From Albugo candida (lineage: Eukaryota), in the NCBI GenBank assembly GCA_040437565.1, contig JBDOQK010000039.1, positions 186,001 to 250,000 of the forward strand: a DNA stretch of 64,000 bases, read 5' to 3'. Positions 1-12,000 of this stretch are shown here, piece by piece (position 1 is the stretch's first letter; each line of letters opens with the position of its first letter). The position numbers were made by a program, and so were the translations under genes. The notes beneath the pieces were generated by a model, which was not told where the DNA came from, did no database searches, and saw nothing but the letters and a program-made list of their open reading frames with translations.

Positions 1-1919
1 TCTATCTGGAACAATTTCTGTGGTGCTATCTGCATCATCTGCTGGTATTCCTTTTCTTTGGCTTTCACCCGCTCTCGAGTCGAACATCTTTCAGCATCCA
101 CATCCTTGCCACCGCTTGTCGGTTGTTCGAATGTACAGGTCGTCCGACCTGAGCCGAGATCCTTCACGAAAATTCCGAGCGATGGAAGCGCATCATTGCG
201 AAATTCGTCACATAAATCCAATATCGCAGAAGATCCTGCTTCAAGTGCCCTTTGACGCACTTGGGCACGGAAATCCACAACAGCTTGTATCAACGCGTCC
301 CCATTGAAACTCGAAGACTCAGATGTAGAATCAGACACAGAGTCAGAACTGGCCTTACTGATGACATTTTGGTCACCAAGATGTACGAATTCTGCGTAGA
401 GGTCTCGAATTCCAAACAGCTCAAGCATATCCAGCACGTATTGGGCTAATGCCATGCGAATCTCTTTGGGGCTGCGCTCTTGACGCGTCAGTAAATACTC
501 ATTTGCACGAGAAACCATCTTGGAAATGTGTTGTAGCGCTGAAGGTGTGTCGAAGTCATCGGCAAGACAGATCGATACGCATTCTTTTGTGTGAAAAAAA
601 GCCTTCATCATTTTTAAATCCAATTCAGTGCACTTTTTTGACGATTCAGATGTTTCGGGCGAGGTATACGCCTCCATGGTACGGAAAAAGTTGCGAAGTT
701 TGTCAATGAAAGCTGCAGCATCTCGCATTCTTTCGGGCGAATAATGAATATTTGATCGATATTTGTACTGTAAGCAGAACACACGAAACTCATCGGCAGT
801 ATTTTTCTCCAAAAATGCTTCGATGGTCGTAAAGTTCTTTAAAGATTTGGACATTTTCTGGCCTTGAATGTACAAGTGTCCAAAATGGAGGAAATGACGA
901 CACCAAGGTTTGTTAACCTGAAGGGAGCAGCAAGTTTCGCTATGTGAATGATTGTAAGCTTCACTTTGTGCGATTTCATTGTTGTGATGAGGAAATCGCA
1001 GATCGATTCCACCCGTATGAAGATCTATCGTTTTACCTAGCACGTGGTGTATCATTGCCGAGCACTCAATGTGCCAACCAGGTCGACCAGGACCCCAAGG
1101 GGATTCCCAGCACGGTTGATTTTGAGATTCCTTGACGGTCTTCCACAGTACAAAATCCCTTGAGTTCTTCTTGATATGATCACTCAATTGGAAATTACTT
1201 TCATCAATTTCGACACTGCAACCTTTAGAAGGATCCAGCTTCCCATAGGCGTTCCCGAGTCGTTCGGTGTCGAAATAAACCCCCGATCCATCGCTGGCAA
1301 TGTACGCAAACCCTTTTTTTCTAATTCCCTCAATATATTGAATGATTTCCTCAACATGCTCACTCACTCTTGTGACAGCGTGAGGTCGTCGAACTCCGAG
1401 GCGATCCATATCGTGAAAAAAGCGTGATTCTTCGATTCTGGCGAGTTCCAAATACGAAATTTGACGCTCCTACAAGCATATCAGAACATCCGCGTCCTTT
1501 TGAACAATTTCGGAATGTACCTTGGCTCTTTGTATAATTTTATCGTCAATGTCGGTGACTCCCATGACCAGGAAGAAGGAAATACCGAATTGACGTTCCA
1601 AAATGCGTCGTATGATGTCTTGTGACACATATGCGCGAGCGTGTCCCAAATGCGCGCGGTCATAAACTGTCGGACCACAGGCGTACCATTTTTTGATTCG
1701 ATTGCTGTCGTCGCTATCGCTCTGTGTGCCACCAAATTTGTTTTCAATGGAAGGCGCCACTGGTTGGATCGTATTGGTTAGAGAATTCCAAGCAGTTACC
1801 GAGGTATAACGACGGTGACATGATAGGCTGAAGGAGTTCCGTGCCGCGGATCCGATGGAGCGCATTGTAAATATGTAATTTCGTAAATTACATACTGGTA
1901 ATATACCGGTTTTATTCAT
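1..1919 (-). CDS. CARS2: Cysteinyl-tRNA synthetase, probably mitochondrial; 3' end runs off the window
   Basis: [18 protein letters not shown] (HIGH-type motif) and VTDIDDKII; a GT-AG intron at 1470-1520 joins to [16 protein letters not shown] at ~845-860; Ser/Arg-rich N-terminus resembles a transit peptide. Confidence 0.93.
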
Positions 1920-2182
1920 GCCAAATGGACTTCCGCCTTAGATAGACTCGCGGAGATATGTATGCGTATTTCAAAAAATGATCGCATCTCCACGACACAA
2001 GCGCGCTCCTTACTGCTCCGTTCCATCATATTTGTCCGTGAGCAGTGTACCGTGATACACCTCAATAATAGTCTGCTGTACAGTGACCTCTTCTAATAAA
2101 AGCTCCTCCATCGAATATCGATTTGCTTCTTTCCATATTTTATTCGTGTCATCGTTACTATTTTATTACTACACGCACAAGA

Positions 2183-3939
2183 ATGGCCGGCGCGATCGGA
2201 TTACGTGAGCAAGGCATGGAGTACGTTCACCCAGTCGACTCATACGCGTTCTTTCTTTTCGTTTCCGCTTATAAAAGGTCCAAATGGGTTGTAGATTGGC
2301 CAATATCATGCAAAGTACCGATGGAATCACACGAAAAACCAAAATTGTATGTACTATTGGACCGGCTTGTTGGTCTCAAGAGAAGCTCGGGGAGCTTATT
2401 GACGCAGGAATGAACATTGCTCGGCTCAATTTCTCTCATGGAGACCACAAAACCCACGCAGAAACACTGGTTCGCCTCCGTGGAGCACTCGCCTGCCGCC
2501 CACACAAAAATGTAAGCGAAAAGATTCGTTCACATTTTTCTCATTTTTTAGCCAACTTGATAATAATCGTCAGATTGCGGTCATGCTTGACACGAAAGGC
2601 CCTGAAATACGAACGGGAATGCTTGAAAATCACGACAAAATCACGATTCAAAAAGGCTCCATCGTAGAATTCACAACTGATTACACTTTTCTTGGCGATG
2701 AGAAAAAATTGGCTTGCTCGTACGCGGAATTGACACAATCTGTGGATGTGGGTAGTTCAATTTTGGTGGCCGATGGTTCGCTTGTTCTTTATGTGACAGA
2801 AATACGGGAAAATTCTGTGATGGTACGACTTTCTTGACACAAATGATCTCGAAATGCTGATGGATGTGGAGTACAGGCGAGAGCTGAAAATACAGCAACG
2901 ATTGGCGAACGGAAAAATATGAACTTGCCGGGTGCCAAGATCCTTTTACCTGCGCTGACTAAGAAAGATAAGGAGGATCTTGTGGAGTTTGGACTCGTGC
3001 AAGGTGTTGATTTCATAGCCGCATCATTTGTTCGATCCGGGCAGGATATTGACCAAATTCGAGCGGTGCTTGGTCCGCGGGGTCGTGCCATCAAAATCAT
3101 CGCCAAGGTTGACTAAATACTATCGCGTCACATGAAACTGAATCTCTTTCCAATAGATTGAAAATCAAGAAGGTTTGCAAAACTTTGATCAGATTCTGCT
3201 CAAAACAGACGGAATTATGGTTGCTCGTGGCGATTTGGGAATGGAAATTCCGCCTGAAAAGGTTTTTTTAGCCCAGAAAATGATGATCCGCAAGTCGAAT
3301 ATTGCTGGGAAACCGGTTGTCACAGCCACACAAATGCTGGAATCCATGATAAAGAATCCCAGACCAACGCGTGCCGAGTGCACAGACGTAGCCAATGCTG
3401 TTCTTGATGGGACCGATTGCGTCATGCTTTCTGGAGAAACAGCCAACGGAGATTTCCCAGTCGAAGCAGTCACAATGATGTCCAAAATCTGTGTGCAAGC
3501 AGAAGGAGCCATTCAGCACGATGAGTTGTATCAAGCGCTTCGTAACAGCGTTTTGGCAACTTGTGGAGCGATGAGCACACAAGAAGCGATTGCCTCTTCT
3601 GCAGTGAAAACCGCTATCGATATTTGCGCAAAAATGATTGTGGTTCTGACAGAAACGGGAACTACAGCTCGATTGATCGCCAAGTATTGTCCTGCACAAC
3701 CTATCCTGGTCCTGACCGCTTTGGGAGAAACAGCCCGTCAATCTGATGGGTATCTCCGAGGAACGACGTCACGCGTGATGGGATCCATGATTGGAACCGA
3801 TTCGATCCTCTATCGAGCTACGGATATGGGCAAACAGCAAGGATGGATTGAAAAGGGTGACACCGTCGTTGCGATCCACGGAATGCAAGAGGCGCGGTCT
3901 GGGTCGACGAATATGCTCAAAGTATTGATTGTAGAGTAG
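2183..3939 (+). CDS. PYK: Pyruvate kinase (5 exons)
   Basis: [68 protein letters not shown] introns at about 2221-2294, 2512-2573, 2823-2876 and 3108-3156 give one continuous frame. Confidence 0.98.
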
Positions 3940-4854
3940 GCCGCATTCTCTCAAATGTGAGCAAGCAGTTGTGTAGCTTGTAGCGTTTTCTAATGAGGAA
4001 TTCGTTGTGCCAATCCGACACTTGTTAAATCGTGCGGCTTTTGATTCCTAGCAACGTTTATAATGACGTCGAGGCCACCATAGCATTCATCGATGGAGCC
4101 TTTGACATGTTGAAAGAAGTCCGGATGCTTTCCAAATCGACTGGTTTCCCCTTCCACCGTGCCGAAGATAGTGGCAGCCTCATTATTTCATCGCGGCAAT
4201 GGTCTCTTTTGACCGATAAGAGACCTTGACATGGCATCTTTGCGCGAGCTTGCTACGCGCTTGCTTGTTTTATAGTAGCGCCATTTAGGCAACAAGGTGC
4301 GCCTCGAACTTCGAAAAACACGGATTCATACAGGTGCTATGAAAAGTCCGCGAAACTTATTTGGTCTTGCTTCTCCTTTTCCACACAGACACGACAATTC
4401 GCTCATAGTGAGGTACACTTCAGTGATATGTACTCATCACTCGATGCCCTCGCCGAAAGCAAAGCTCGGCGAGTGAATTTATTTAAGCGACGAGAATATT
4501 TGAATACGACCTACGACGTCAGGCTTGTCGCGCTGTGCGTAGAAGGCATGCAAGAAACCCTCCGACCTTTACAAAATGATTGTCAAATCTGGTTTCCTTT
4601 TTCTCAATCACTANNNNNNNNNNNNNNNNNNNNNNNNNNNNNNNNNNNNNNNNNNNNNNNNNNNNNNNNNNNNNNNNNNNNNNNNNNNNNNNNNNNNNNN
4701 NNNNNNNNNNNNNATCGTCCATTAGTCGATAAGCGAAGTCCCACATCTTCTATAAACAAGACTGTAGAAATGTATAGCTTACCAAATCGGTCGTTCGCTT
4801 CCTCAAAGTGTTGAATGATGACATGAACACAAAGTTTTATTATTGTCAACCGCT

Positions 4855-7302
4855 TTATTGTATCTCTGCATCCTTTTCCATGCAAACATTTTTGACACGG
4901 CTCAAAGCTTCTTTCCAAATGTTTATCTTCTCCTCAATAATAGAATCAGATTGCGACAGTTCATCCACAAGGAGAAGAAACGCATCCATTTCTTTGATTA
5001 CGTGCGCTCCGACGGCGGATCGAAAGCACTTTACTATGGGAAGGGCGTATGTGGTCTCTTGATTTGGTAATGCGACGATCAGTCCCGTGCATTTTTGAAA
5101 AAAGAGCTGGAGGACGAGGGCGACGGTCTGAGCGATATGAATTGAATCGGTTTGAATGTAAGTCTCCAGTTGGGCAATCACTTTATGTCTATAGTTGAAT
5201 ATTATTTGGCGCTTCTTTTTCCGATCTAATTTTCGCATTGGTATATTCAGCACATTCATAACAAGAGGTATATGAACCATGAAATCGTTATAGAGCGGCC
5301 CAGTGGCCAATGACCAGATTTCAAATATACAATGCGCCACTGCTTGTTCAAGATTCTCTTCCAGTAGCTTCTTATTATGATCACTGAGCTTTGCGGGTGG
5401 CTGGATAGAATCCTGTTTCTCTAGATCGCTGGACGCAAATCGTGGAATGGCTTCGAGGTCCAATTCGTGCTCCGTTGCGATGAACCTGGTTATCATGAAA
5501 CAGAGCTTGAGGCTCACAGATCTTGAGAGATGATCACGGATAGCTTTTAATGCTTTGGCAGCTTCCATGGATTCTTCAGCGCATACTTGGATCTTATGCA
5601 ATCCGGACTCAAAGTTCAGTAGCAACGAATAGACATCATCCAGTCTGTCTTCGAATGCCTTACGGATACTTCGCAAAGCAGCTGCATCGCCTCGAAAATT
5701 GCTCTGTAATGCTTTTTCCAAGGATTCATGGTACGTCCTGCTGATATAGGGAGAAAAGTGATCAAATAATCCGCCAAGAAGCTCTTCATCTTCGTCTTCC
5801 AAGCGGGGATCCCAAGCCCGAAGAAGGCTGTGCACCTCAATTGACATCGGAGTAATCGACAGCGCTGATTGCTTTCTAAGAGTATCTGAAGGATTTCGAT
5901 CATTACGTTTGGAAGACCTTTTTCCTTTTTTACCACTCGGGACCTCAGATGTCAAGTCGATATGCTCTTTGCTTTTATCCTCCGTTTGATGCTTTCGACC
6001 CCTCGAACCCCGTTCATTTTTTCCCATTTCGGACCCTCGCCCTTTTGATCGTTGACCTTTTTTTGTGCAATCCTTTACATCGCTTTCAGTAAAATTCTCG
6101 CTGTCCTTGGCCGCACTTTGGTAGAATGTTTTGACTCCATTTCGGCTAGTCGCTTTTTTGGCTTTTTCATTAGCATCCGCTTTCAAATACGACTCGAATG
6201 ATTTCAAGAACTCTTGACTAACAACGAATACATCGCTTATTACAACGGAATGACCGGAATCTGAATCTGCTAGTGGCGACTTTTTGAGTAGTAATGTACA
6301 ATCAGCAGTCTCTAAAGCGCTCGGAAGTACCATTCGAACATCCACAAAGAATCTCTCCTGAATCGCCAATTCAATTGCGCCTTCCACTTTTAAGAACAAG
6401 GTCTCGCTGACAATGACGTTTTCTAGTTCGATTGCATGGGGATACTGCTGCCTTATGAAATCAAAGGGTCGATATACTTTCATCTGATTCGCACGAGCAT
6501 GTTCAATAAATTGATTGTCTTGGAAGAACGAGAAGATCTGATTTTGCTGTATTTCCAAAAACACATACGGAAGATACTCTCGTCCTCGTAAGACACCTTG
6601 CAGCCTTTGCGATCCGATAAGTTCGTGAACGTTTTCAAGCACAAAGCTCTCATCGAGACAGCACAATCGAGCAACATTTGGGATTTGAAGCGGTCGCGAG
6701 GAAGCACAAAACATTCCACGAATAATGGCGCTTTGTTTCTCTAGATATGTGTGCGAGTGAATGGAGTTTTTGTGGAAATGAGGCTGCAAACGAGACAAAA
6801 CAGCATCTTTCATGTACTCAACAGAGAGATTATAATCACCAGCAAGATCGCTTATTAAGAGCGTTCCGATTGTGTTGAGATCAAAATCAATTTTTTTAGT
6901 AATAGTATTGATGTAATCGCTGGTAACGACTTCTTCTCCGCCATTGATGATGGAAAAATGCTTTTGTATCCCGCTATTTTCATTCTGCTGCTTGGAAGAA
7001 GCGACCAAAGTAAAAATGCAGTTTTCAATGGCGCTATGCTCCACGTCTAGTATACGCTGTAGTTTTTGTATACTCACACGACCTTGATGCAAATCTATTT
7101 GTTCACGTATCTCATTTTCCAATTTTCTAGGAGTTAAAACATCTTTACGCGATACCGATAATATAAATGGAAGTTTTGAACGAATGTGAACATCGTCCAG
7201 TATATTTTCTATACTCTCTTCCGTCCAATCCTTTGTCATCTCCTCGAAAGCAGCTATGTCAGTAGGCGATTCGACTCGCATTGTTTCGTCACGGACGTTC
7301 AT
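4855..7302 (-). CDS. UFL1: E3 UFM1-protein ligase 1 (UFL1) homolog
   Basis: Single ORF; KDVLTPRKLENEIREQIDLHQGRVSIQKLQRILDVE matches the UFL1 winged-helix region; basic KKGKR linker; RKLDRKKKRQII near the C-terminus. First ATG is 7302 (the track starts at a non-ATG codon). Confidence 0.85.
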   Translation of the reverse strand: MNVRDETMRVESPTDIAAFEEMTKDWTEESIENILDDVHIRSKLPFILSVSRKDVLTPRKLENEIREQIDLHQGRVSIQKLQRILDVEHSAIENCIFTLVASSKQQNENSGIQKHFSIINGGEEVVTSDYINTITKKIDFDLNTIGTLLISDLAGDYNLSVEYMKDAVLSRLQPHFHKNSIHSHTYLEKQSAIIRGMFCASSRPLQIPNVARLCCLDESFVLENVHELIGSQRLQGVLRGREYLPYVFLEIQQNQIFSFFQDNQFIEHARANQMKVYRPFDFIRQQYPHAIELENVIVSETLFLKVEGAIELAIQERFFVDVRMVLPSALETADCTLLLKKSPLADSDSGHSVVISDVFVVSQEFLKSFESYLKADANEKAKKATSRNGVKTFYQSAAKDSENFTESDVKDCTKKGQRSKGRGSEMGKNERGSRGRKHQTEDKSKEHIDLTSEVPSGKKGKRSSKRNDRNPSDTLRKQSALSITPMSIEVHSLLRAWDPRLEDEDEELLGGLFDHFSPYISRTYHESLEKALQSNFRGDAAALRSIRKAFEDRLDDVYSLLLNFESGLHKIQVCAEESMEAAKALKAIRDHLSRSVSLKLCFMITRFIATEHELDLEAIPRFASSDLEKQDSIQPPAKLSDHNKKLLEENLEQAVAHCIFEIWSLATGPLYNDFMVHIPLVMNVLNIPMRKLDRKKKRQIIFNYRHKVIAQLETYIQTDSIHIAQTVALVLQLFFQKCTGLIVALPNQETTYALPIVKCFRSAVGAHVIKEMDAFLLLVDELSQSDSIIEEKINIWKEALSRVKNVCMEKDAEIQ

Positions 7303-7343
7303 AACAGTTAATTCAATAAGCGGATACTTAACGGTTCTAACGA

Positions 7344-9022
7344 ATGGAATTGCATTATGAGATTCCATGCGAACGAATCAGAGTCTTTCTCGCCGCCTTA
7401 CAAAGTCTCTCCGCCATCGATAAAGAGGTAAGCTTCGAGAGTGAGGGCACAAAGCAACTCACTCTACGCTCCATCAACGACGCGCAGTCTGCTGCTGGAC
7501 ATGTCACATTTGCAAGCGATTTCTTTTCCAAACCCATTCATCTCCATATACCTTCCTCGCAACCTCCTCTGCGCACCGATCGTATTATTGCGAAATGTAA
7601 ATTGTACAACAAACTTTGCTGTAACGTATTTCGATCGATTTCCATTGTACAATCCGTTCATTTCGTAATCCGATTGGAGCCTTTTCATTCTGATTCGCAA
7701 TTCAACGAATCTGATTCTAGAAGTCGTAAAAGAAGACGAGAAATCGAGTCAGAACAAACATCCAGTTCGGATGAATGTCCCGTCTCAGCTGGAGATTCTA
7801 TTCTCGATGCAATTGAGCTGATTTGGGAGTTTCATTGCGACCACGATATCCTCAAAACCCATCGACTCCAAGTCGGCACATGTGATCTCCTTCGCCCTCT
7901 TTTTGATTACGACGCTGCTCTCAATCGGTGAGAATGCAACTGCAACTATGCGCCCGTCTCACCGTGCCCGTCTCACAATGTACTGTAGACTCGTTATGCA
8001 TCAGCATACATTAGCGTCCATTCTCGATCCCGTGCGTCATGCCAATGAGATACGATTCACTTTTTCAAGCTCTCACGTTCGCATGGAAACAAGCGTCTCA
8101 CAAAGTGCCAAAGGTGTGCAGTAACTTTTTCCATTCAATGCGATCTTATTTCTGTATGTAGATAAATCACTTCTTCACACTGAAGCAGCATTTGAAATCC
8201 GAGAGCTCACAGAATATGAACTCCACAAAAACGAGACAATCGAACTCGTGTTCAGTTCGAGAGAATTGAAGGTTCGTTTTGATGCAAATACCGCATGTAA
8301 CACGTCAAATGATCATTTTGTAGACGTTCCAGACATTTTGTAAAGTGAGCGATGTGCCATCTATTTCCGTTCATTTCGATCTTGGAGGAAGGTACGATCG
8401 CAGAAACTGTCAGAAAGTGGCTTANNNNNNNNNNNNNNNNNNNNNNNNNNNNNNNNNNNNNNNNNNNNNNNNNNNNNNNNNNNNNNNNNNNNNNNNNNNN
8501 NNNNNNNNNNNNNNNNNNNNNNNNATGAGATACGATTCACTTTTTCAAGCTCTCACGTTCGCATGGAAACAAGCGTCTCACAAAGTGCCAAAGGTGTGCA
8601 GTAACTTTTTCCATTCAATGCGATCTTATTTCTGTATGTAGATAAATCACTTCTTCACACTGAAGCAGCATTTGAAATCCGAGAGCTCACAGAATATGAA
8701 CTCCACAAAAACGAGACAATCGAACTCGTGTTCAGTTCGAGAGAATTGAAGGTTCGTTTTGATGCAAATACCGCATGTAACACGTCAAATGATCATTTTG
8801 TAGACGTTCCAGACATTTTGTAAAGTGAGCGATGTGCTATCTATTTCCGTTCATTTCGATCTTGGAGGAAGGTACGATCGCAGAAACTGTCAGAAAGTGG
8901 CTTAGTGATACTGTAGACCCATCTTATTCTCCACTCAAGCTCCCAGTATGTCGGCAGAATGGATGTTATCGACGCTAGAGTCGGACGTGTCAAAGTCTCA
9001 GGAATCCAAGGAGCTATTTTAA
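7344..9022 (+). CDS. RAD9: RAD9, 9-1-1 checkpoint clamp subunit (multi-exon; crosses a gap with duplicated flanks)
   Basis: RVFLAALQSLSAIDKEVSFE..LTLRSINDAQSAAGHVTFASDFF, ILKTHRL, SVHFDLGGRPILFS; last exon ends ..ESKELF* at 9022; ~8045-8424 is repeated at 8525-8904 around the gap. Confidence 0.85.
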
Positions 9023-9054
9023 GCGTTGACGTCCCTCTAAAAAATCTTTATACA

Positions 9055-12000
9055 ATGTCATCGACCTCAGAAGATCCATCGAGTTCATCCGTATCTTCAG
9101 AGGAACATGATTCATCGAGCTCAAGCGATTCCAGGCGCCTCCGCAGTCAGTCGAAACCTCCCATAGAGCGCGAGCGTCAGTTTGACTTGTTTCGAGAACG
9201 AAATTGGGTCTTACCGACCCCAAGTCAAGTAATTCGATCTGGTCGAGCTCGAGGATTTTGCCTGCAGATCATATCGCTCGAGAATGTTCCCGTTCCAACG
9301 ATCATCCCTTTAGTGGAGCCTCATGAAACAGAAGCGCGATGGCCATCTATTTGGACGATAGGTTTCCATGTATCGTTGTTTCACATTGTCTCTCGTCGAT
9401 TCTTTGGGAATACATGGGTGAGTCCGTCTTATCCTATCGCTTCTACCGACATTTCGGAGCTTCAACAGAATCCCACACAAACGCTCAAATCTGTGCTTTC
9501 GTCTATGACGCTCGAAAGCCAGGTATACTGTGTAAGCGATATTTGCGATCCAAATTGCTACGTCATTTTGGAAATCGTCTTGACCGAAAAGGACGCACAC
9601 ACGAATGTTCCCATCGCGGCTTCTGGTTGTGGGTGGACTGCAATCCCTATCTTCACATTACTCGCGAGTCAAGAAAATGTGTCTGTTAACGCATCCATTT
9701 TCACCAAAAGCCCGAGAATTCTTTGGGAACTCACGGATCAAGACAAAGGACATTTTGTATGGGATCGTCTGAAACAGCATCCAGGGTCGACGTTGCTGTA
9801 CAAAATCCACGAAAAAGCTTCACTCGCGTCGCGGGAGGGTCAGTCACTAATTCGGCCAAACGAATGGATTGGGCCGCAAGACACAATCGTCGGGCTTCGG
9901 TCTGAATTGCTCGATGAGAACATGCTCAATCTGGCAGAATCGTTTCCATTGATCATTCGAGCAGCTCACGTACTTGTGAATGCCCGAAAGGAGCTAGAAA
10001 TCGACTTGATTGAGCGCTTACGACTTAGTCGACTAGCAGATGCTTCCTCGAGATTTCAGGGAGCGAGTCTTCAGGGCGAAATTTCAGCTCGAAATATGAA
10101 GCTCGGGATTCATAATGGAAGGCGATTTCGGTCCAAAATGATCGTCGTCCCGTTAAAGACGAATAATATTGACTCCGATATGCTTGAGTGTGTGCCGACA
10201 GCATCCAAGTTGTCGGGTTATTGCTTGCATCCGCTTATGGCGCTTGTAGTGGTGGTTCAATTCACTGTCCATTTTCGGGTCATTTGGTCGGAGAAAAAGA
10301 AACAGCAAGCACTTCGAGCTGCCAAACAAGCGGCGCCTATACCTTTACCAGAACAAGATACCACAACTGTGACAGTGGGAGCCCGAGCGGTCATTCTATC
10401 GGACGGTCAGACACTTGAAACTGGAAATATGATGATTGATCTCCACGCTGGAGCGTCCTGCAGGCCATACACGGACACGGCAATTTATATTTCTGAGACG
10501 CAAGCAAAAGCTTATTCACCGCTTTTTACAGATTCAATTCAACACATTGGCTCAGTGACTTTAGAAATCCTTCCGCCTGTGCAAAAGAATTCCCCAGTTA
10601 AAGTGACGCCACGCCAAAAAGCTTCAGAAAAAGTCCCTTCGGTCTGTTTGTCACCACCAAAGCCCATTCCGACTCTCAGTCGTGCGACGAAAGCCACTCT
10701 TGCTCGCTTCGGTGTGGTGGATCGTGCGAGAGCCAATGCATCACCGGAAAAAAATATCGAGGCCGAAGTCGCTGATATAAAAACTCGACACGAAATCCGA
10801 TTCCATTTTGCTGCCATTCGACCCACAAGTCTTTTACAAACCGATCACTGCATCTCACTCTCCTTCCAGTTTTTCCGATTCCCACCATCTCATACAGAAC
10901 ACATGAGGCTTCACCCACTTGGAAAAGAGTGTGAAAATACGACATTCCTTCTTTGTGAGCCAGAAAGCACTCAACCATCCGCGCCGCTGGAATTTGATAT
11001 TGACACCGTGGACGGTGATCGATCAGAAGCATACACATTTGCATCTTATCTGCTGCATAAAAAGTTGATGATCGACGTCTGGGATGTCCCTAGTGGAATG
11101 CAGCTCGGGTCATGTTACCTTCCTCTGCATCCGTTGATGAGACAAGGCTCAGACCATGCGAAATTTCAGACTGAGATTGATATCAAGGAACCAGTAGCGA
11201 GAATATGGGATCGGAATGGCGGTGGGTTAAGACCGATTGATGTTGGAGCGTATGTACGAGGGGAGACAACGAAAACGATTGCAAAGCTGCAAATCCTAAT
11301 GAGCAATTTTGGAGTCCACACAAGCCGTCTCGGGCGATTTGACGAAAAGAAAAGGATACCTGAGCCAATACAACCGATAAAGCAGCGAACCATAGCAAAA
11401 TCTGTGGTAAGTGATCAGATGGATTTCTATCAGGAACAAGTCAATTCGTGTCGGACGGGAAAGGATTCGGGAGCGAGCGATTTCATTTCAGAACGTGAGC
11501 TTGAGCTTTTGTATAAGTATTTTGATGTCACTGAGGATGAAAAAATTCCATGTGATTTGGAGCGCAAAAATGGGCTGGTGGCGTTATTATCGCTCGAATC
11601 TCAGCCTTGCGAGTCTGAAGCCGAATGTAAAGTGTCTGAAGGATCTACTGAGCATCAAGGTGAAGGCATTCATGAGCTCAGCCGGATACTGCGGCATTTG
11701 GTGTTGGAAGCAAAGGAACATGGAGTCGATCTGGAGACTTCATTTGCTCATTTTGATCCCGAAAAACGAAATGAAGTGACATTCGAATCGTTTGCTGATA
11801 GAATAACACGACTAGGTAGCGCATTCGGCAGATTTAAACGGGCGGAATTGGAGGCTCTGGCAGCTAAGATCGCTTCCAAGGGCCTCAACACACTCCGATT
11901 CGAGGATTTTCGAGTCTTTGTCGAAGATAAAGTCGCTACGGATGATCCAAAACAGAAAACAGAATGCCTCCGCACTGCGGTGAGGTCCGAAATCAAGCGT

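Noticed and set aside
3990-4420. Minus-strand YGGLDVIINVA resembling a short-chain dehydrogenase
   Set aside because: Single short motif among stops with no TGxxxGIG or YxxxK; at best an unverifiable remnant.
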